In this document: positions 28,376 to 43,794 of the stretch, piece after piece
Position numbering within the stretch: position 1 is the first letter of the stretch
How the letters are laid out: every line of letters begins with the position of its first letter
Source: Octopus vulgaris
Taxonomy: Eukaryota
Direction of reading: 5' to 3'
DNA length: 64,000 nt
Assembly: GCA_951406725.2 (NCBI GenBank)
Contig: OX597830.1
Coordinates: 30,008,001-30,072,000, forward strand
Program-made: the position numbers and the translations under genes
Notes under the pieces: generated by a model
Databases searched by the model: none
What the model was told of the DNA's origin: nothing
Seen by the model: only the letters and a program-made list of their open reading frames with translations

Positions 28376-28575
28376 TCTTTTCCTTGCTTCAGTCATTTGA
28401 CGGCGGCCATGCTGGAGCACAGCCTCCATGGCTTTAGTTGAAAAAATCGACCTCAGGAGTTATTCTTTGTAAGCGTATTTCTTATTTTACCTGTCCGCAA
28501 ATTTACGGGGACATAAACTCACCACCATCGGTTGTCAAGCTTTGGCGAGGGGAAAACACGGACATATAGACACAC
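28374..28575 (-). mobile_element. SINE family A, 3' half
   Basis: CAGTCATTTGACGGCGGCCATGCTGGAGCAC...CATCGGTTGTCAAGC. Confidence 0.8.
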
Positions 28576-28592
28576 ACACACATAAATATATA

Positions 28593-28657
28593 CAGATAGA
28601 TAGACAGACAGACAGTCAGTCAGTCAGGCAGACAGGCAGACAGACAGACAGACGGAC

Positions 28658-28736
<79 letters not shown>

Positions 28737-28800
28737 TAGACAGATAGATAGATAGATAAATAGATAGATAGATAGGTAGATAGGTAGATAGGTAGATAGG

Positions 28801-28865
<65 letters not shown>
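28593..28865. repeat. (TAGA)n/(CAGA)n microsatellite
   Basis: Read directly from the sequence. Confidence 0.95.
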
Positions 28866-29029
28866 TATGGACCACACATACCCAAAGTGTGCGTTTTGTT
28901 TCTTCGCCGGTTCGGTGCGGGATAGCGCCTGTGGGACGACTCCCTCATTTTACTGGATGTTCATTGCAATAGGATATCATATTCCATGAATAGTTTATTA
29001 CGAATATCGATAAATATAAGCGCAGTTTT

Positions 29030-30106
29030 GCCTGTCTGGGGAGAAGCTTGCTTCCTAACAATATGGCGTGTGATTCAGCCCTAGAATGCAGCGCATTGGG
29101 AAAGTGTTTTCTACTATAGCCAAGGACCGAAAACAGCCTTATGTCTAGATTTGGTAGGCGGTAACTGAAAGAAGCACGTCGTGTGTGTACAGACACACAC
29201 ACATTCACATACACACAAACACACACAAACAAATACACACATATACATACATACATACAAACGTACATGCATATGCATGCATGAACGTATATGTGCTCTG
29301 ATTAATAAGTATCCGGATTCTTGCCATACTATCGAATCTATAGCACGAAGAGTAAAGCCGCTTGCCATAGGCTGACGCTGAAATCTGCTGTGCACGCGCA
29401 CTAAGATTTACAGCGGTGCTTGGAAGGAAGGTGTGTAGCGTGTGATCGTTGCATTGCTCATGGCAGAGGAATTTCAGCAGTGAATTTTCCAAAAGCTTCA
29501 CAACACCTGTCAGTGGCCTACGCAAATATTTCAAAGGATTTTTATCGTTCTAAACACAGTCAAAGAAATCATGTGCAACTGGAACCCGAGTGCCTTTTTG
29601 GTCAGCTGAAAGCAATTTTGGCACAAACTTGGCAGACACGTGTCTCATACCCAAATCTTCAATGATAATGGACTGAATTGAAAAGCAACTAATCTGTACA
29701 TCCTCTGATAACTCTCGGATGGTGATTCGACAATTTCCCCTCACAGCTGCACGCACATTGCCGATGGCATTTCTAAGTTCTGCTGGTTGTGTGTCACCCA
29801 GAAAGTTCGTCAATGTCGACCCTTTTTTCGGCCATCCTGGAAGCGTCTAAACCACTCGTACACGTGTGTACGGCTCATACACTTATTTCCATACACTTTC
29901 TGTAACTCTGCGTAGGTCTTTCTCTATCATGGTCAATGCGACGATCACACGCTACACACGTTCCTTCCAATCATTGCTGGAAATAGGAGAAGTGAGCTAG
30001 AACGTTAAAAGGTCAATGTGCCAAGCAGCTTCAGTGTGAGTACTTTAGCTTCGTTACTGTGACAACAGTCCTGGTACTTATTGATCAGACCTCGTATATA
30101 CATATT

Positions 30107-30164
<58 letters not shown>

Positions 30165-30368
30165 CATATATAAAAATGTATATGAATGCATTTATATGTG
30201 TATGTGTGTGTGTGTGTATTTACGTGCATGAGTGTGTGTTGCGTTTGTGCGCGCATTCTCACTCCTTGTCATCCGTTGTAGGGTTGTTTTCATTTCCATA
30301 GTTCGGCGTTTTGACAAAAGTGATTGATAGAAAACTATAAGGCTTTAAAAAATATGTTTTAGCGTTGA
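29030..30368 (+). mobile_element. Old SINE family A split by a mariner insertion
   Basis: 5' half at 29030-29185; degenerate 3' half at 30265-30368 (TTGTCATCCGTTG...TGATAGAAAACTATAAGGCTTTAAAA). Confidence 0.65.
29292..30094 (-). mobile_element. Internally deleted mariner element with TIRs and flanking TA
   Basis: ORF 29550-29813 RITIRELSEDVQIS...EDLGMRHVSAKFVPKLL shows an HTH and a WVPHEL-like motif. TIRs CTGATTAATAAGTATCCGGA and TCCTGGTACTTATTGATCAG. Confidence 0.9.
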
Positions 30369-30871
30369 GATGTAAAACGAAAACCTTTGAAGACACATTT
30401 AATGTATATTCTCAGTCACTATCATATTGTTTCCCTATCACATTCTCTTCCATACAGTTCCCTGTCATATTGTGTCACCCTAGGAAATCCAAATGGCTAA
30501 TATTCCCCGAACCAGAGGGTGACAAGCTGGCAGTGTCGTTACTAGGATCGACTTTGTCATTCGTCTCTTCGGATTTGATAGAATTAATACTAGTAGGCCT
30601 TGTACCAATATTTGAAACCAGTATTCCCAGACTCACCGACATTCAGCCGATGCTTGATAACACACGCTCCAATAAGGACGACTGCGTTCGTCAGAGATAG
30701 CCATAATATTCTCCTCAGATCTAATTTGGTTCGGACAATGTAGAGCTCTGAAATACGTCGGACAATGTAGAGCCTGGAGTACGTCGATAAAGTTTGGATG
30801 GTCAAGGTCGGAACTTCTGTGATCATACATCTCGTTCATTAAGGACATATTCACTCCAGACAACGACTGTA

Positions 30872-31182
<311 letters not shown>

Positions 31183-31247
31183 GATTGTGTACAGATTCAG
31201 TGGTTCTTATCTCTGCCAATAGTCAATTTTAGTTGGTATGTTGTCGT

Positions 31248-31401
31248 AGCTGTGTGGTAAGAAGCTTGCTTCCCAGTCGCATGGTTCTGGGTTCAGTCCC
31301 ACTGCGTGGTACCTTCGGCAATTGTTTTCTACTATAGCCTCGGGCCGAGTAAAGCCTCGTAAGTGGATTTGGCAGACAGAAACTGAAAGAAACCCGTCGG
31401 G

Positions 31402-31433
<32 letters not shown>

Positions 31434-31670
31434 CATACATACATATATGTATGCATGTATATATGTATATGTATGTCTGGGTTTGTCCCCACTCCATCGC
31501 CTGACAACCGATGCTTGTGTGTTTACGACCTGTAACATAGCGGTTCGGCAAAAGAGCCCACTAGAATAAATACTAGACTAACAAAGAATAGGTTTTGGGG
31601 TTGATTTGTTCGACTAAAGGCGGTGCTTCAGCATGGGCGCAGTCAAATTACTGAGACAAGTAAAAGAATA
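31248..31670 (+). mobile_element. SINE family A, near full length
   Basis: Colinear with 62408-62804. Confidence 0.9.
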
Positions 31671-31776
31671 ATATATATATATGTGTGTGCCTATGTGTGT
31701 GTGTATGTATTAGTTTATTGCCATTGAGGACATTGTAATTGTTATTGCGTGTTTTATTATTACTTTGTACTCCCAG

Positions 31777-31825
31777 AAATCCTGTGACGTCATCATTTAA
31801 CATTCCGGACGAAGCGACACCAGAC
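31777..31825 (+). CDS. Candidate 49-bp internal exon ((R)NPVTSSFNIPDEATPD)
   Basis: TACTTTGTACTCCCAG acceptor and GAC|GTGAGA donor; CpG-rich; phase 2 to 0, bridging the candidates at 5293 and 50425. Confidence 0.3.
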
Positions 31826-32107
31826 GTGAGAATAACACAGAAGTATAGAAATAATGGGCTATGAATTCCTTTCATCGAATCTATGTCTTTTGCTGTCTCA
31901 CAGGACAAGACATTAATGCGTATTTGTTTGTTTAAATTTCTGTTCCCTTAATTGATGCAATACAACACATGCGTATAGTGTGTCTACATTTGTGTGTCTG
32001 TACGTGTGTAGGTGTTTGTATGTATGTGTGATTGTTTGTGTAAGTGTGTGCATGTGTGTGTGTGCGTGTGACTTTGTGCCAAGGCTTCTTGTGTTATTGT
32101 GGGTTGT

Positions 32108-32327
32108 ATATTGGTTTCAAAATTTAAGCACAAAGCTAGAAAATTCGGTGGAGAGGCTTGATCGATTACATCGACCCCAGTACACAACTGGTAGTTAATT
32201 TATCCACCTCGAAAGGGATGAAAGGCAAAGTTGTCTTCGGTGGAATTTGAACTCAGAACATACAGACGGATGGAATGTCGGTAGGCATTTAGCCAGGCAT
32301 GCTAACGATTCAGCCAGTTCGCCGCCT
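32108..32327 (-). mobile_element. SINE family B2
   Basis: CGAAAGGGATGAAAGGCAAAGT...GAATTTGAACTC...GCTAACGATTCAGCCAGTTCGCCGCC. Confidence 0.85.
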
Positions 32328-32625
32328 TGGCGGATTGAATAAAATCTCTGTGTTAGATTACTAGAGTCAATGGCGTCTGTTGTCTTGCGCTAAGCGATTA
32401 ATTTCGGGTTAGTCTACTCTACGTAGCTCAAAATATGTACCACTCTAATGCATGTGGAGCTCTCTACACCTCTCTACACTCACATCCTCGATAATCGATG
32501 TTGTCCTGATTATGGAGTGAGAGCAGTGAGATTATGTCGGTGTCAACTCTGACTACATTAGAACAATTAAGGAAGACTTGGCATGAGCGTCCAAGAAACC
32601 TTAATTATCCATAATTATGTATGTG

Positions 32626-32685
<60 letters not shown>

Positions 32686-32838
32686 TGTATGTGTGTCTGC
32701 GTGCGTGTGTGTGTCTGTGTGCGTGTGTGCGTGTGTGTGTGTAAATCCCCAAAATGAAACAAGAACGCAACAGACGATAATAAAATATCCGAACAGATAG
32801 ACGATACAAAGACGATACGAAAACAATAAAAAGATATA

Positions 32839-32882
<44 letters not shown>

Positions 32883-33574
32883 TAATTATCCTTAATTATG
32901 TATAAATATATATATTAGTTCCCAAGGGATGTTCTCGAAAACTGCCAACTTCTGCAGTAGTGTTTCTGGAATCAGTAAGTACAGTAGGTGAAGAGATGGA
33001 AAAGCATATATGCACCGATACTCAATGCATAACACTGAATGGTCCCGATAGATTGTTATTTAATCTGACCTCCAAACAAATTCTACTCTACATCTCAGCG
33101 ATTCAGCTTCTGGAAACGGCCACGAAATCATCCGTCAGTTGATGTTCGAATCTATCGAAAACTTTCGGCTGATTTAAAGTTATCAGGGCCCATCCACGCC
33201 AAGTTCATTACCTACGCTTTCTATGATGTAGTGCGTGAAGTGGATCGTACCGTGGATATATCTGTTTACTATGCTGCAGATCTGTACCTTCCCTGTAGTC
33301 TATCGACGACATGGGCTAAACTGAGAGTTAACACTTCGGTCAAAATATTCAACTATGCATTTAGGAGTGTTACGGGTCCGAAGTTATTAAAATCATTTCC
33401 TGCATTCAGACTCTTTCTCAGCGGCACCACTACAACTTTTCGCAGAAATGGGTATTACCTTTTTTTCAGACAGTTACAGAAGCTCACTTAAAGATCTGGC
33501 ATATGAAGATAAATCTCGTATATCAGACCACCGTACCACTACATGTTAAATTTTGTGCAGTCAGCTGTCGCTTC

Positions 33575-33950
33575 CTTTGTTTTGTTTGCTGTCATCGGCC
33601 TTTATAAGATCCGTAGCAGGCCTTCGAGACAGCCAATATAATCCACCCTTGTCCCCGGTCCGCCGCCTACTCCAAAGAGCTGAGCAAAATGCCACTGCGA
33701 AGCCATACACATCTGCTTGGAATCAAGTAGTCCGTACACTCCCGAATTGTAGATTTCTTGCTATGATGTGTCTCTGCCTTTCGAGCCTGCGCGTCCAATA
33801 TACGGCATTCATTCCTTAATGCTGCGGATCACGCGCCCGAGTTCTGATAGCGCATCCTTTGTGCTTAGCATTGAAGCATTGGCCATAAATCAATTTTGCC
33901 GATAGCGCATCTATCAGAATGCTTTTCCCAAACGCCACTTTTTAGTTGTT
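33575..33950 (-). mobile_element. Degenerate LINE 3' end, RTE-like
   Basis: Frameshifted translation ends ...LE*AADRGQGW..., resembling the RTE C-terminal AxDRxxW motif, followed by a CAAA-type tail. Confidence 0.4.
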
Positions 33951-34721
33951 AGTTCGTTTTCCCTCTACTCCTGAAATCTTTTTTACTATTCCCGTGCTAA
34001 AACTTATCAACCCTAAACTAACCGTCTTTTTCAGGAGTAACCACCGACATATATCGAGTCTGGAAGACAAGTGTGTAGAAGGGATCCATGCGACCACAAA
34101 TGTTTAAATGTTACATCTAGCTTTAACTCCAACCCTTAATGTGCCATAATTATTACCACTAACTAGGGAGAGGTATCACCATCGATGTCTCTGACGGTGA
34201 GACCTATATTTCCCTTTCTCATTTATTGTGTTGCCGGTGTGATTTCGGATTAATACTAATTAAGTGTTAAAAATAACTAATAAAGTACCATCTGTCACTC
34301 TCACTGCATCAAGGATATTTCACAAAATAATCTTACTTCACAATTTTGTCTCCCCCTTGAGTTAGAAGGGGAACAGAAAACGCGTCGTGGTTTTAACAGG
34401 ACATAGATGTTTCATCTTTCATGTTCGATAGGTGTCTGAAATTGTTTGTGAAATGATGGACATGTTAGACGCACAAGACTTACGAGGAGGCACATACTAC
34501 ATTTTCGATTGAAACAATATGATAATTGTATAATTAAATAATTAAGAAATATATTGTTACGGGTAGTACTGAAGTTGCGAATAACTTGAGCTCTAGGGAT
34601 GTTAAAGGGAAATAACTCAACTGTACCGTATAAGATCAACAATTAGCTTCGCCACTAGAATCTAAAGTTAATAAATAATATCACTGTCTTTCTCCCAATC
34701 GCTATTTGCATATATTTAATG

Positions 34722-35608
34722 TGTATACATATACATACATACAAATAGACATACATACATATACACACATACATACATGCATACATACATACGTACATAC
34801 ATACATACATACATACATACATACATACATACATACATACATACATACATACATACATACATACATACATACATACACATACATACATACATACATACGT
34901 ACATACATACATACATACATACACATACATACATACACATACATACATACATACATAATACACACATGCATATAAACATACATACATACATACATACATA
35001 CATACTTACATACATACATACATACATACTTACATACATACATACATACACATACATACATACATACATACATACATACATACGTACGTACATACATACA
35101 TACATACATACATACATACATACATACATACATACATACATACATACATACTTACATACATACATACATACACATACATACATACATACATACGTACGTA
35201 TATACATACATACATACATACATACGTCCGTACATACATACATACATACATACATACATACATACATACATACATACATACATACATACATACATACATA
35301 CATACATACACATACATACATACATACATACATACATACATACGTACGTACATACACACATACATACATACATACATACATACTTACATACGTACATACA
35401 TACATACATACATACATACTTACATACATACATACATACACATACATACATACATACGTACGTACGTACATACATACATACATACATACATACATACATA
35501 CGTACGTACGTACATACATACATACATACATACATACATACATGCATACATACATACATACATACATACATACATACATACATACATACATACATACATA
35601 CATACATA
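34722..35608. repeat. About 890-bp (TACA)n microsatellite with variants
   Basis: Read directly; it is the source of the MYVC and HTYI ORFs. Confidence 0.97.
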
Positions 35609-35724
35609 AGTGTGTATGTGTATCTCTCTACCTAGTAATCTCTACAAATATATGCAGGATGGGTAGAAATGACCGTCGTACAAAATAAAGATTAATTCCA
35701 GATCCATCTTCTGATTACTGAAGA

Positions 35725-35970
<246 letters not shown>

Positions 35971-37159
35971 ATAGACACACACATATACGTATAAGTATAC
36001 ATACATGTACATACATACATGTACATATGTGTATGTGTGTGCGTGTATGTTTATACACACACACACACAAACGCGCGCACGTCGACACACCCACGCACAC
36101 ACACAGATATAAACGCACGCATATATCCTTACACAGCTCTTTTCCTTTCTGGTTACATACTAATCTGTCTCAATACAGATTACGCAATAATGCCAGTGTG
36201 TGTGCGTGTGGGCTTCTATGCATGTTAGTGTATGCTGCTTTGCGCGTATATGAGTGTGTGTGTGTGTTTGTGTGCGATCTGTTTGTTTCAGCATGTGCGT
36301 GCATAGGTGGGTTTTGTGTGTGTTGGTTTGGTAGTTGGCATTGTGTGTGTGTGTGTGTGTGTGCGAATCTGTGTAGCATGGGACAATTGCTGAAGTAACA
36401 CGTGGACAACTCAGAGAACAAAACAAACTGTATAAGACACAAACAACATCGTAAGCTATTTAGCTGCCAAGACATTACCGTCTCTTTTGTGCTTGATAAA
36501 TTTAATTGAATATCCATGTAGACGTTGTTTAATATCACAATATCGATCCGTTGTCCATTGATGGATTTTAAAGGTAATAATGTTGACCTGTTTTCAATGG
36601 GAAATCTAGCATAATAACAAAACTCTGTTTGTATGTATTTGCATATAAGTCAATGTTCGCTTATGGCAGCCATTTTTTTTTTGTACACGTGAGAGAAAAC
36701 ATGTGCTGAGTCGTAGGTGTTATGCTTGTGTTTAACGTATCACAGTTCTTATGGTTCTGATAACTTTCGTATATAGTTTAGTTATTTTTTTCCTTTGATA
36801 ATTGCTGTGGTTATTTACCTCAAAGTCATCCCCGAAGGATCTAACCAAAGATCAAACACGTTGTTGGTATGTCTTACCTATATACGAATTCAGACATAGT
36901 AGTGCATTAGACGCATTTGGAAATGTAATGTGTTATTTCAGAGGGATTTTGTTCATGGCAGCACGATTGACAACTTGAAAGCTTTCTTTTTGCGGCTTCT
37001 GTTCCTGTTGTTTAAACTATTTACCTCCCACACAGCTCTGCTTGTATATACTTTAGTTATAAATATATGTACGTAGTTGCAAGAATAGTGGTTTAAAGGT
37101 CTGGTATATTATGCCCTCTCTTAAATGAATTCAGGATGAATAATGGTAAATACATTCAT

Positions 37160-37298
37160 GAAGCTTGCTTACGAACCACATGGTTCCGGGTTCAGTCCCA
37201 CTGCGTGGTACCTTGAGCAAGTGTCTTTTACTATAGCCTCGGACCGACCAAAGCCTTGTGAGTGGATTTGGTAGACGGAAGCTGAAAGAAGCCCGTTG

Positions 37299-37351
<53 letters not shown>

Positions 37352-37543
37352 TTGTGCATCGCTTGACAACAGATGCTGATGTGTTTACGTCCCCGTAACT
37401 TAGCGGTTCGGCAAAAGAGACCGATAGAATAAGTATTAGGCTTATAAAGAATAAATCCTGGGGTCGATTTGCTCGACTAAAGGTGGTGCTCCAGCATGGC
37501 CACACTCACATGACTGAAACAAGTAAAAGAGAGAGTAAAAGAG
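37160..37543 (+). mobile_element. SINE family A, young and slightly 5'-truncated
   Basis: High similarity to 62408-62804; ends GTAAAAGAGAGAGTAAAAGAG. Confidence 0.92.
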
Positions 37544-39214
37544 TTAACAAGCTGTAATTGACTGCAAAGAAATATTTATTACTGTTGCTAATATTTGATA
37601 CAGCAAACTGGTAGGACATTATGATTGTCAAATCATTATATAGATTTAAAAACTCATAAAAATGAAGATATAAAGGTTAGAGAAAAGCCTGAAGTACAGC
37701 ATCACAAAAATTTTGATTACGATTCTATTCAAATGCGAAGCATCACATGAAGGGTTTTGGATTAACCCCTATTCAAGCTGAAAACTGCGAAGTGAAATCA
37801 AACTGTTATCACATCAAAGTCCCAAAACTCTCCTCTCCAGGGAATTAGCGAGCCAAAACTTGCCATTTTATAGCTGATGAACAGACGCTAGACTAGTCCA
37901 TCACGTTAAAGCTGTGAGCGGTCCAGGTAAAACTAAATGGGCCCGAACATCATGTAGTGAACCAAAATGAGTAGTTGAAAGTAAAAACAAGAAAAAAACA
38001 ATGTGGGCAGCTAAAGTTCAAGAGAGATTATGCTTCCGCTACACTACCTTTGATCAAAGATGTAACACATGACGACGTCCAGTATTTTTGCACTTTGCAA
38101 ATATATGTAACTTGGATTTCATTAATTAATAGTCCCTGTCTACTTTAATATTTTAAATATCAGTATATTAAGCAATATCTTTAACAGAACATGTAACTAA
38201 ATATAGTTTCTTTCATGTGGTCGTGTTTTGCGAGCATTTTTTGTTACTAAATTACGCAGCAATAAAAAAGAAATAGCTGTTTAATTCAACTTTTTTTTGA
38301 TATTGCACGAATTAATTTTTGGAATCGAGGTTCGCTCATTGGTTCATAATTTAGCCTTATGAGTATAAAGAGCATTATATAGCAAAAAGCATTAATCTAA
38401 TTCTGCATATAAGTTTAAAGTAATTTCGAAAGCTGTACAAGTACTTTGTTACCTAAGCTGCTATTTAAGCTCATAAAATGCAAAGAAAGAAGGTGGTGGA
38501 GTGGATATCTTTATTCTATTATCCAAAGAGATATTGCTTTTGAATAATATTTAATATTTTAATGATTTCCATTTTGATATGTCAAATTTTAATTGGAACT
38601 TAAGTATGTGAATATACATTACATAGAGCTAACTTAATATTCTTTTGTGCTAAAAAGTGATTGTACTTTTAAGAAATTAGATAAAATGAATTGGTATAAA
38701 TTCATCTATATGTATTTTTGTTGTACGTTGATATATCAAATACGAAAAATACAACTTTAAAATTTGGCTTTTAAAACTGAGCTGTACTATGATCGCATAA
38801 AATTTTTTACATGTATTCATAGATTAATATATAATGATTTTATTAATCTAGATACTGGGAAACTTTATTGCGAAGGTGATCAAATTTTGTCCAACGTGGA
38901 AAATTATGTTCTTATACACAAGTATGTATGCTCGTTTCTATGATTCCATGTATGTGTGTATGCTTGTGTGTGTATGTATAATCGGAGATAACAGATAATG
39001 ATAAAGGTGGAGCACCAGCATGACTGCACCTTTCGAGTTGAAACTGGTTAAAGTGTTAAAGAGAGCATTTATATATAAGTATATATATAAATATATATAC
39101 ATGCACGTATAATGTGAGTACCTGTCTATACATTCATACGTCATACATAAATACGTGCATATACACCTATGTACGTATGTAAATCTATATGTATGTGTAA
39201 ATATATACATATAT

Positions 39215-39259
<45 letters not shown>

Positions 39260-39262
39260 TAT

Positions 39263-39313
<51 letters not shown>

Positions 39314-40636
39314 TAGATAGATAGATATAGATATATATATACTTTCCACGTATGCGAGTAACTATCTATACATGCATATGTAGATATATACATATATGTA
39401 TATTCGTGTATATACGGTCATATGTATAGTTTTGTGTGTATACACACTCACACACACACACAAAACACAGACACACACAAAAAACACACGCACACACATA
39501 TTATATATATATACATACATTCATATATGCATAGCTGCATATAAACGTGTATGTGTATGTGCGCAAGCACATATACACACAAATATAAATGCGTATATAT
39601 GCGTATATACTTGAGGATTCTGGTAAATGGCTTGGCTATATGTCTATGTGTGCGGTTTCATTTTGTAAGCGAGTTTTATCTGCTGTTTTTAATTATATCT
39701 CAGCCCTCCCCACTATTCAATACGGTACCCTTTATTTACCTTCCTGAACAATGAGCGAACCACCTGAAGTTCTTATCAGTAGGTAATCTTTTTTTTTCTA
39801 TATTAATTAACCTAATTCTAAGATAATAGCTCACCTACTTTATCAACACGTAACAAGATGAACCGACGGACGAGTCTTTATGTGGTAGTTTGGCATATTG
39901 ATAAGGGAAGTCAATTATATTAACTATTTAAATACGGAAAGAACGCAGGAGATAATGCTGTCATACATACACTCTTTTGTATATGGGTTGGTCATGGATG
40001 GAATGCTTTTGCGTATATAATCGCTCGATCACACAAAAGGCGGAGTTAAAAAAACAACAAATTTGATATTTGCAAGAAGTGCGTTGACGGATGAGAAAGT
40101 CCTTACGTGTTTGCTCATTCCTGTTAGAAAAAGTAACCAAGTTTCAGTCACATCACAGACTACTGAATTAACGAGAGAATAATATACAAGACGGTGTAAA
40201 TTCCGATGTAAGTTTGTTGCGGGTATAAGATGACCATAGCAGAGCATTGATCATGTAACTGTTGAATCAGTGTTTATCAAAGGTTAATCAATGGACAACA
40301 CAACGTGTTATATTTCAGAGTCGTAATGAGTTAACCATGTCTATTGCATTCAAAATTTTGAACAAGTTCACACATTTGAATCACGGAGGACGTTGTCGAT
40401 AACAATCGGCTGTAATTTATATACCATCGATTTAGAGAGCTGAAAATCGAAACTCGTCATTGGCAAAATCAATCTTGGAACGTATATGAATAAATATATT
40501 ATTGCTCAAATACCTGCCTATCTAGAATTCATGGTAGCCTCGGCGAAGCTTTTTCTTTATTTTTGTTCCTAAAGCACTACATCCTGTTTCGAGTTTGCCC
40601 TGTGTTATCGAGGGATGGCAATATACTTTTCTACTC

Positions 40637-41223
40637 TAGCCACAAGGCCCGAAATTTTTGTGGAGGGAAGAGCAGTCGATTAGATCGACCCCAGTACACA
40701 ACTGGTACTTAATGTATCGACCCCGAAAGGATGAAAGGCGAAGTCTACCTCGGCGGAATTTCAACTCAGAACACGAAGACAGACGAAACACCGTTAAGCC
40801 CGGCGTGTTATCGTTTCTTATTTCTTTATTGCCCACAAGGGGCTAAACATAGAGGGGACAAACAAGGGATTAAGTCGTTTACATCGACCCAGTGAGTAAC
40901 TGGTACTTAATTAATCGACCCCGAAAGGATGAAAGGCAAAGTCGATCTTGGCGGAATTTGAACTCAGAACGCATATGCAAACGAAATACCTATTTCGTTA
41001 CTACCCACAAGGGGCTACACACAGAGAGGACAAACAAGAACAGACAAACAGATTAAGTCGATTATATCGACCCCAGTGCGTAACTGGTACTTATTTAATC
41101 GACCCCGAAAGGATGAAAGGCAAAGTCGACCTCGGCGGAATTTGAACTCAGAACGTAACGGCAGACGAAATACCGCTAAGCACTTCGCCTAGCGTGCTAA
41201 CGTTTCTGCCACGTCGCTGCCCT
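40637..41223 (-). mobile_element. SINE family B cluster: truncated B2 (40637-40812) and a B1 dimer (40819-41223)
   Basis: Three Meta-like cores ATCGACCCCGAAAGGATGAAAGGC; single head at about 41175-41223; internal junction near 40990. Confidence 0.9.
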
Positions 41224-41859
41224 CGAGGGATGACAATATAGTCATAAATATGCAAAAACACATGTTTGAAGGGTTACAGATTTAACCCCTTTAATCAGAG
41301 ATCTGCTACATCAATACCCAAGAGGGAAAAAGCAATAATTTAAGGCGTTTCGGTAAATGTTGACCAGTAAAACGACTAGTAAAGTTGAGGTTCCGGGAGT
41401 AGAATTCACTTCCCATCCTGATATCGAATTTGTATCAGTCTTAGGTTTTCTTCTCATTCATTTTATGGCCTCTGCATCATTTAGTCTTAGATGAACTTAG
41501 CATCACAATCGTTGATGGTAAAGCATAACGACAACTATGTTAGCTGTCAGTGGAGATATCCGGACACTAAGTCTACTTAGTCACTATCATTGTTTAGCCC
41601 TGAAACACATGACACACCTCGCGTTGCAATACACAGCTCTTTCGATCCCGAGAGACATATAAATCAATCTATGAAGCTGCTAAAATATACTCGCGTTAGC
41701 TTTTGAGAGTAAATTTAGATGTTTGAGAGACACCATATGAAACAATAACAAAAGCAGATTTAGGTATTTATTCTTTATATAAAATACAACGGAAATATTG
41801 TCTGTGAGAAAGCACCACTGCATCAAATTCTATTCTAGATTGGGTTTTCTATTATGAAT

Positions 41860-42140
41860 CCGATCAAAGCCTTGTGAGTCGGTTTGGTAGACGGAAACTG
41901 TAAGACGCCCGTGGTGTATATATATATATATATTTGTGTGTTTGTGTTTGTCTCCTCACCAGCAATTGACAACCGATGCTGGAGTGTTTACGTCCCCGTA
42001 ACTTAGTGATTCGGCAAAAGAGCTGATAGAATAAGTACTAGGCTTACAAAGATTAAGTCCTGGGATAGATTTGTTCGGCTAAAGAGGGTGCTCCAGCATG
42101 GCCGCAGTCAAATGACTGAAATAAGTGAAACAATAGAAGA
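41860..42140 (+). mobile_element. SINE family A, 5'-truncated
   Basis: CCGATCAAAGCCTTGTGAGT...CCAGCATGGCCGCAGTCAAATGACTGAAA. Confidence 0.88.
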
Positions 42141-42159
42141 ATATATGTGTATGTATATA

Positions 42160-42229
<70 letters not shown>

Positions 42230-42286
42230 TATAGATAGATAGATATAGATATAGATATATATATACATACATGCCTACATGCAGAT

Positions 42287-42394
<108 letters not shown>

Positions 42395-42853
42395 GAATAC
42401 AGTGCATATTGAATTGTATATGTTTCTTCACTAAACAAGGGGTGTGTGACATGGCCCGGCAGTGCAGTGCACAAAGTACTATTTTTCTAACGGGTTGGAT
42501 GGGTATGGAAGGAAATGTGAGGAATGAGGTTTCTACCCCCTCCTAGGCACGAAGTGGGAGGGCGGAGTGAAGCTACTCATGGGATAAATTTCGCTATACA
42601 TCTACTATGATTGATGAGTTATTTAATTAATACCATGCGTTAGACATTTTGTCAAAGATCTCAAAATATTACTTATATACTTATACATATACATACACAC
42701 AAACCTATATGCATATACATATGTGTATATATTTCTATATATATGTATAAATATATATGTATATATAAGTATATCTATCTATCTACATCTATATATATAT
42801 ATATAGAGAGAGAGAGAGATAGATATATGGACGTGTGTATGCGTGTGTATATC

Positions 42854-42891
<38 letters not shown>

Positions 42892-43192
42892 AATGTGTGT
42901 GTGTGTGTGTGTACGTGTGTCTTTGTGAGTATTTGTGAGTGAATGCGTAAGAAGGCATGTACACGTGCGCCCTGGCAAACAGGCGTACACACAAGCTCAA
43001 ACCTATATGTACAGACATACTCACACAAATAATAGTGTAGTGAGTGTAAGAAAAGGAAGAACAGAGAGGGAGTTCATGGCGGTGGGGAAGAGATTTAATA
43101 TAGAAAGATTGATAAACAGATGGGTTATTTTTATACATAGACATTATTCACGCATTGTAACATATATGCATACTTACACATACCTCCAAAAT

Positions 43193-43294
<102 letters not shown>

Positions 43295-43794
43295 GTGTGT
43301 GTGTATGTGCGTGTGTGTATTCGTACATACATTCATACGTTGGATATACATGTATATAATCACTAACAGGAAAATATATCGTGATGAAAATTTAGTAGCC
43401 AACCTCCCATTCTTAGAATGTGTTTCCTGCGTCATGTGTATCAATAAATATACAAATATCTCTTTACACACAGTCCGTACGGTCACTGACGCACACATTC
43501 ATAATATATATATATATATAAGTATATTCCACAATTGCAAAAACTGCTATACCAACAATCCAACATGCATCCATCATCAGCTGCCTTATGGATATCATTA
43601 TTGTTTCGACACCCACCTGAGCAGTACCATTCAATCGGGCGGTGTCAATAGCACTAAAATAAGTGTTGTTTGGAAATAAACATACCAAAGAAACAACTTT
43701 CAAACACATTTACCCTATGAACAACCGTATCGGTATACACACACACATACACACACACACTCACACACACACACGTAGTACGTATATATATAGT

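Noticed and set aside
31648-31875. Minus-strand signal-peptide-like ORF MKGIHSPLFLYFCVILTSGVASS
   Set aside because: No good splice donor and it runs into microsatellite and SINE sequence. The + strand micro-exon has better splice signals, though neither is proven.
34166-34214. Small imperfect hairpin GGTATCACCATC/GACGGTGAGACC
   Set aside because: Too short and mismatched to assign; possibly the centre of an old MITE.
34655-35688. Long ORFs of up to 303 aa (MYVC and HTYI repeats), and all YI, CV, poly-N and poly-I ORFs
   Set aside because: Translations of stop-free microsatellites.
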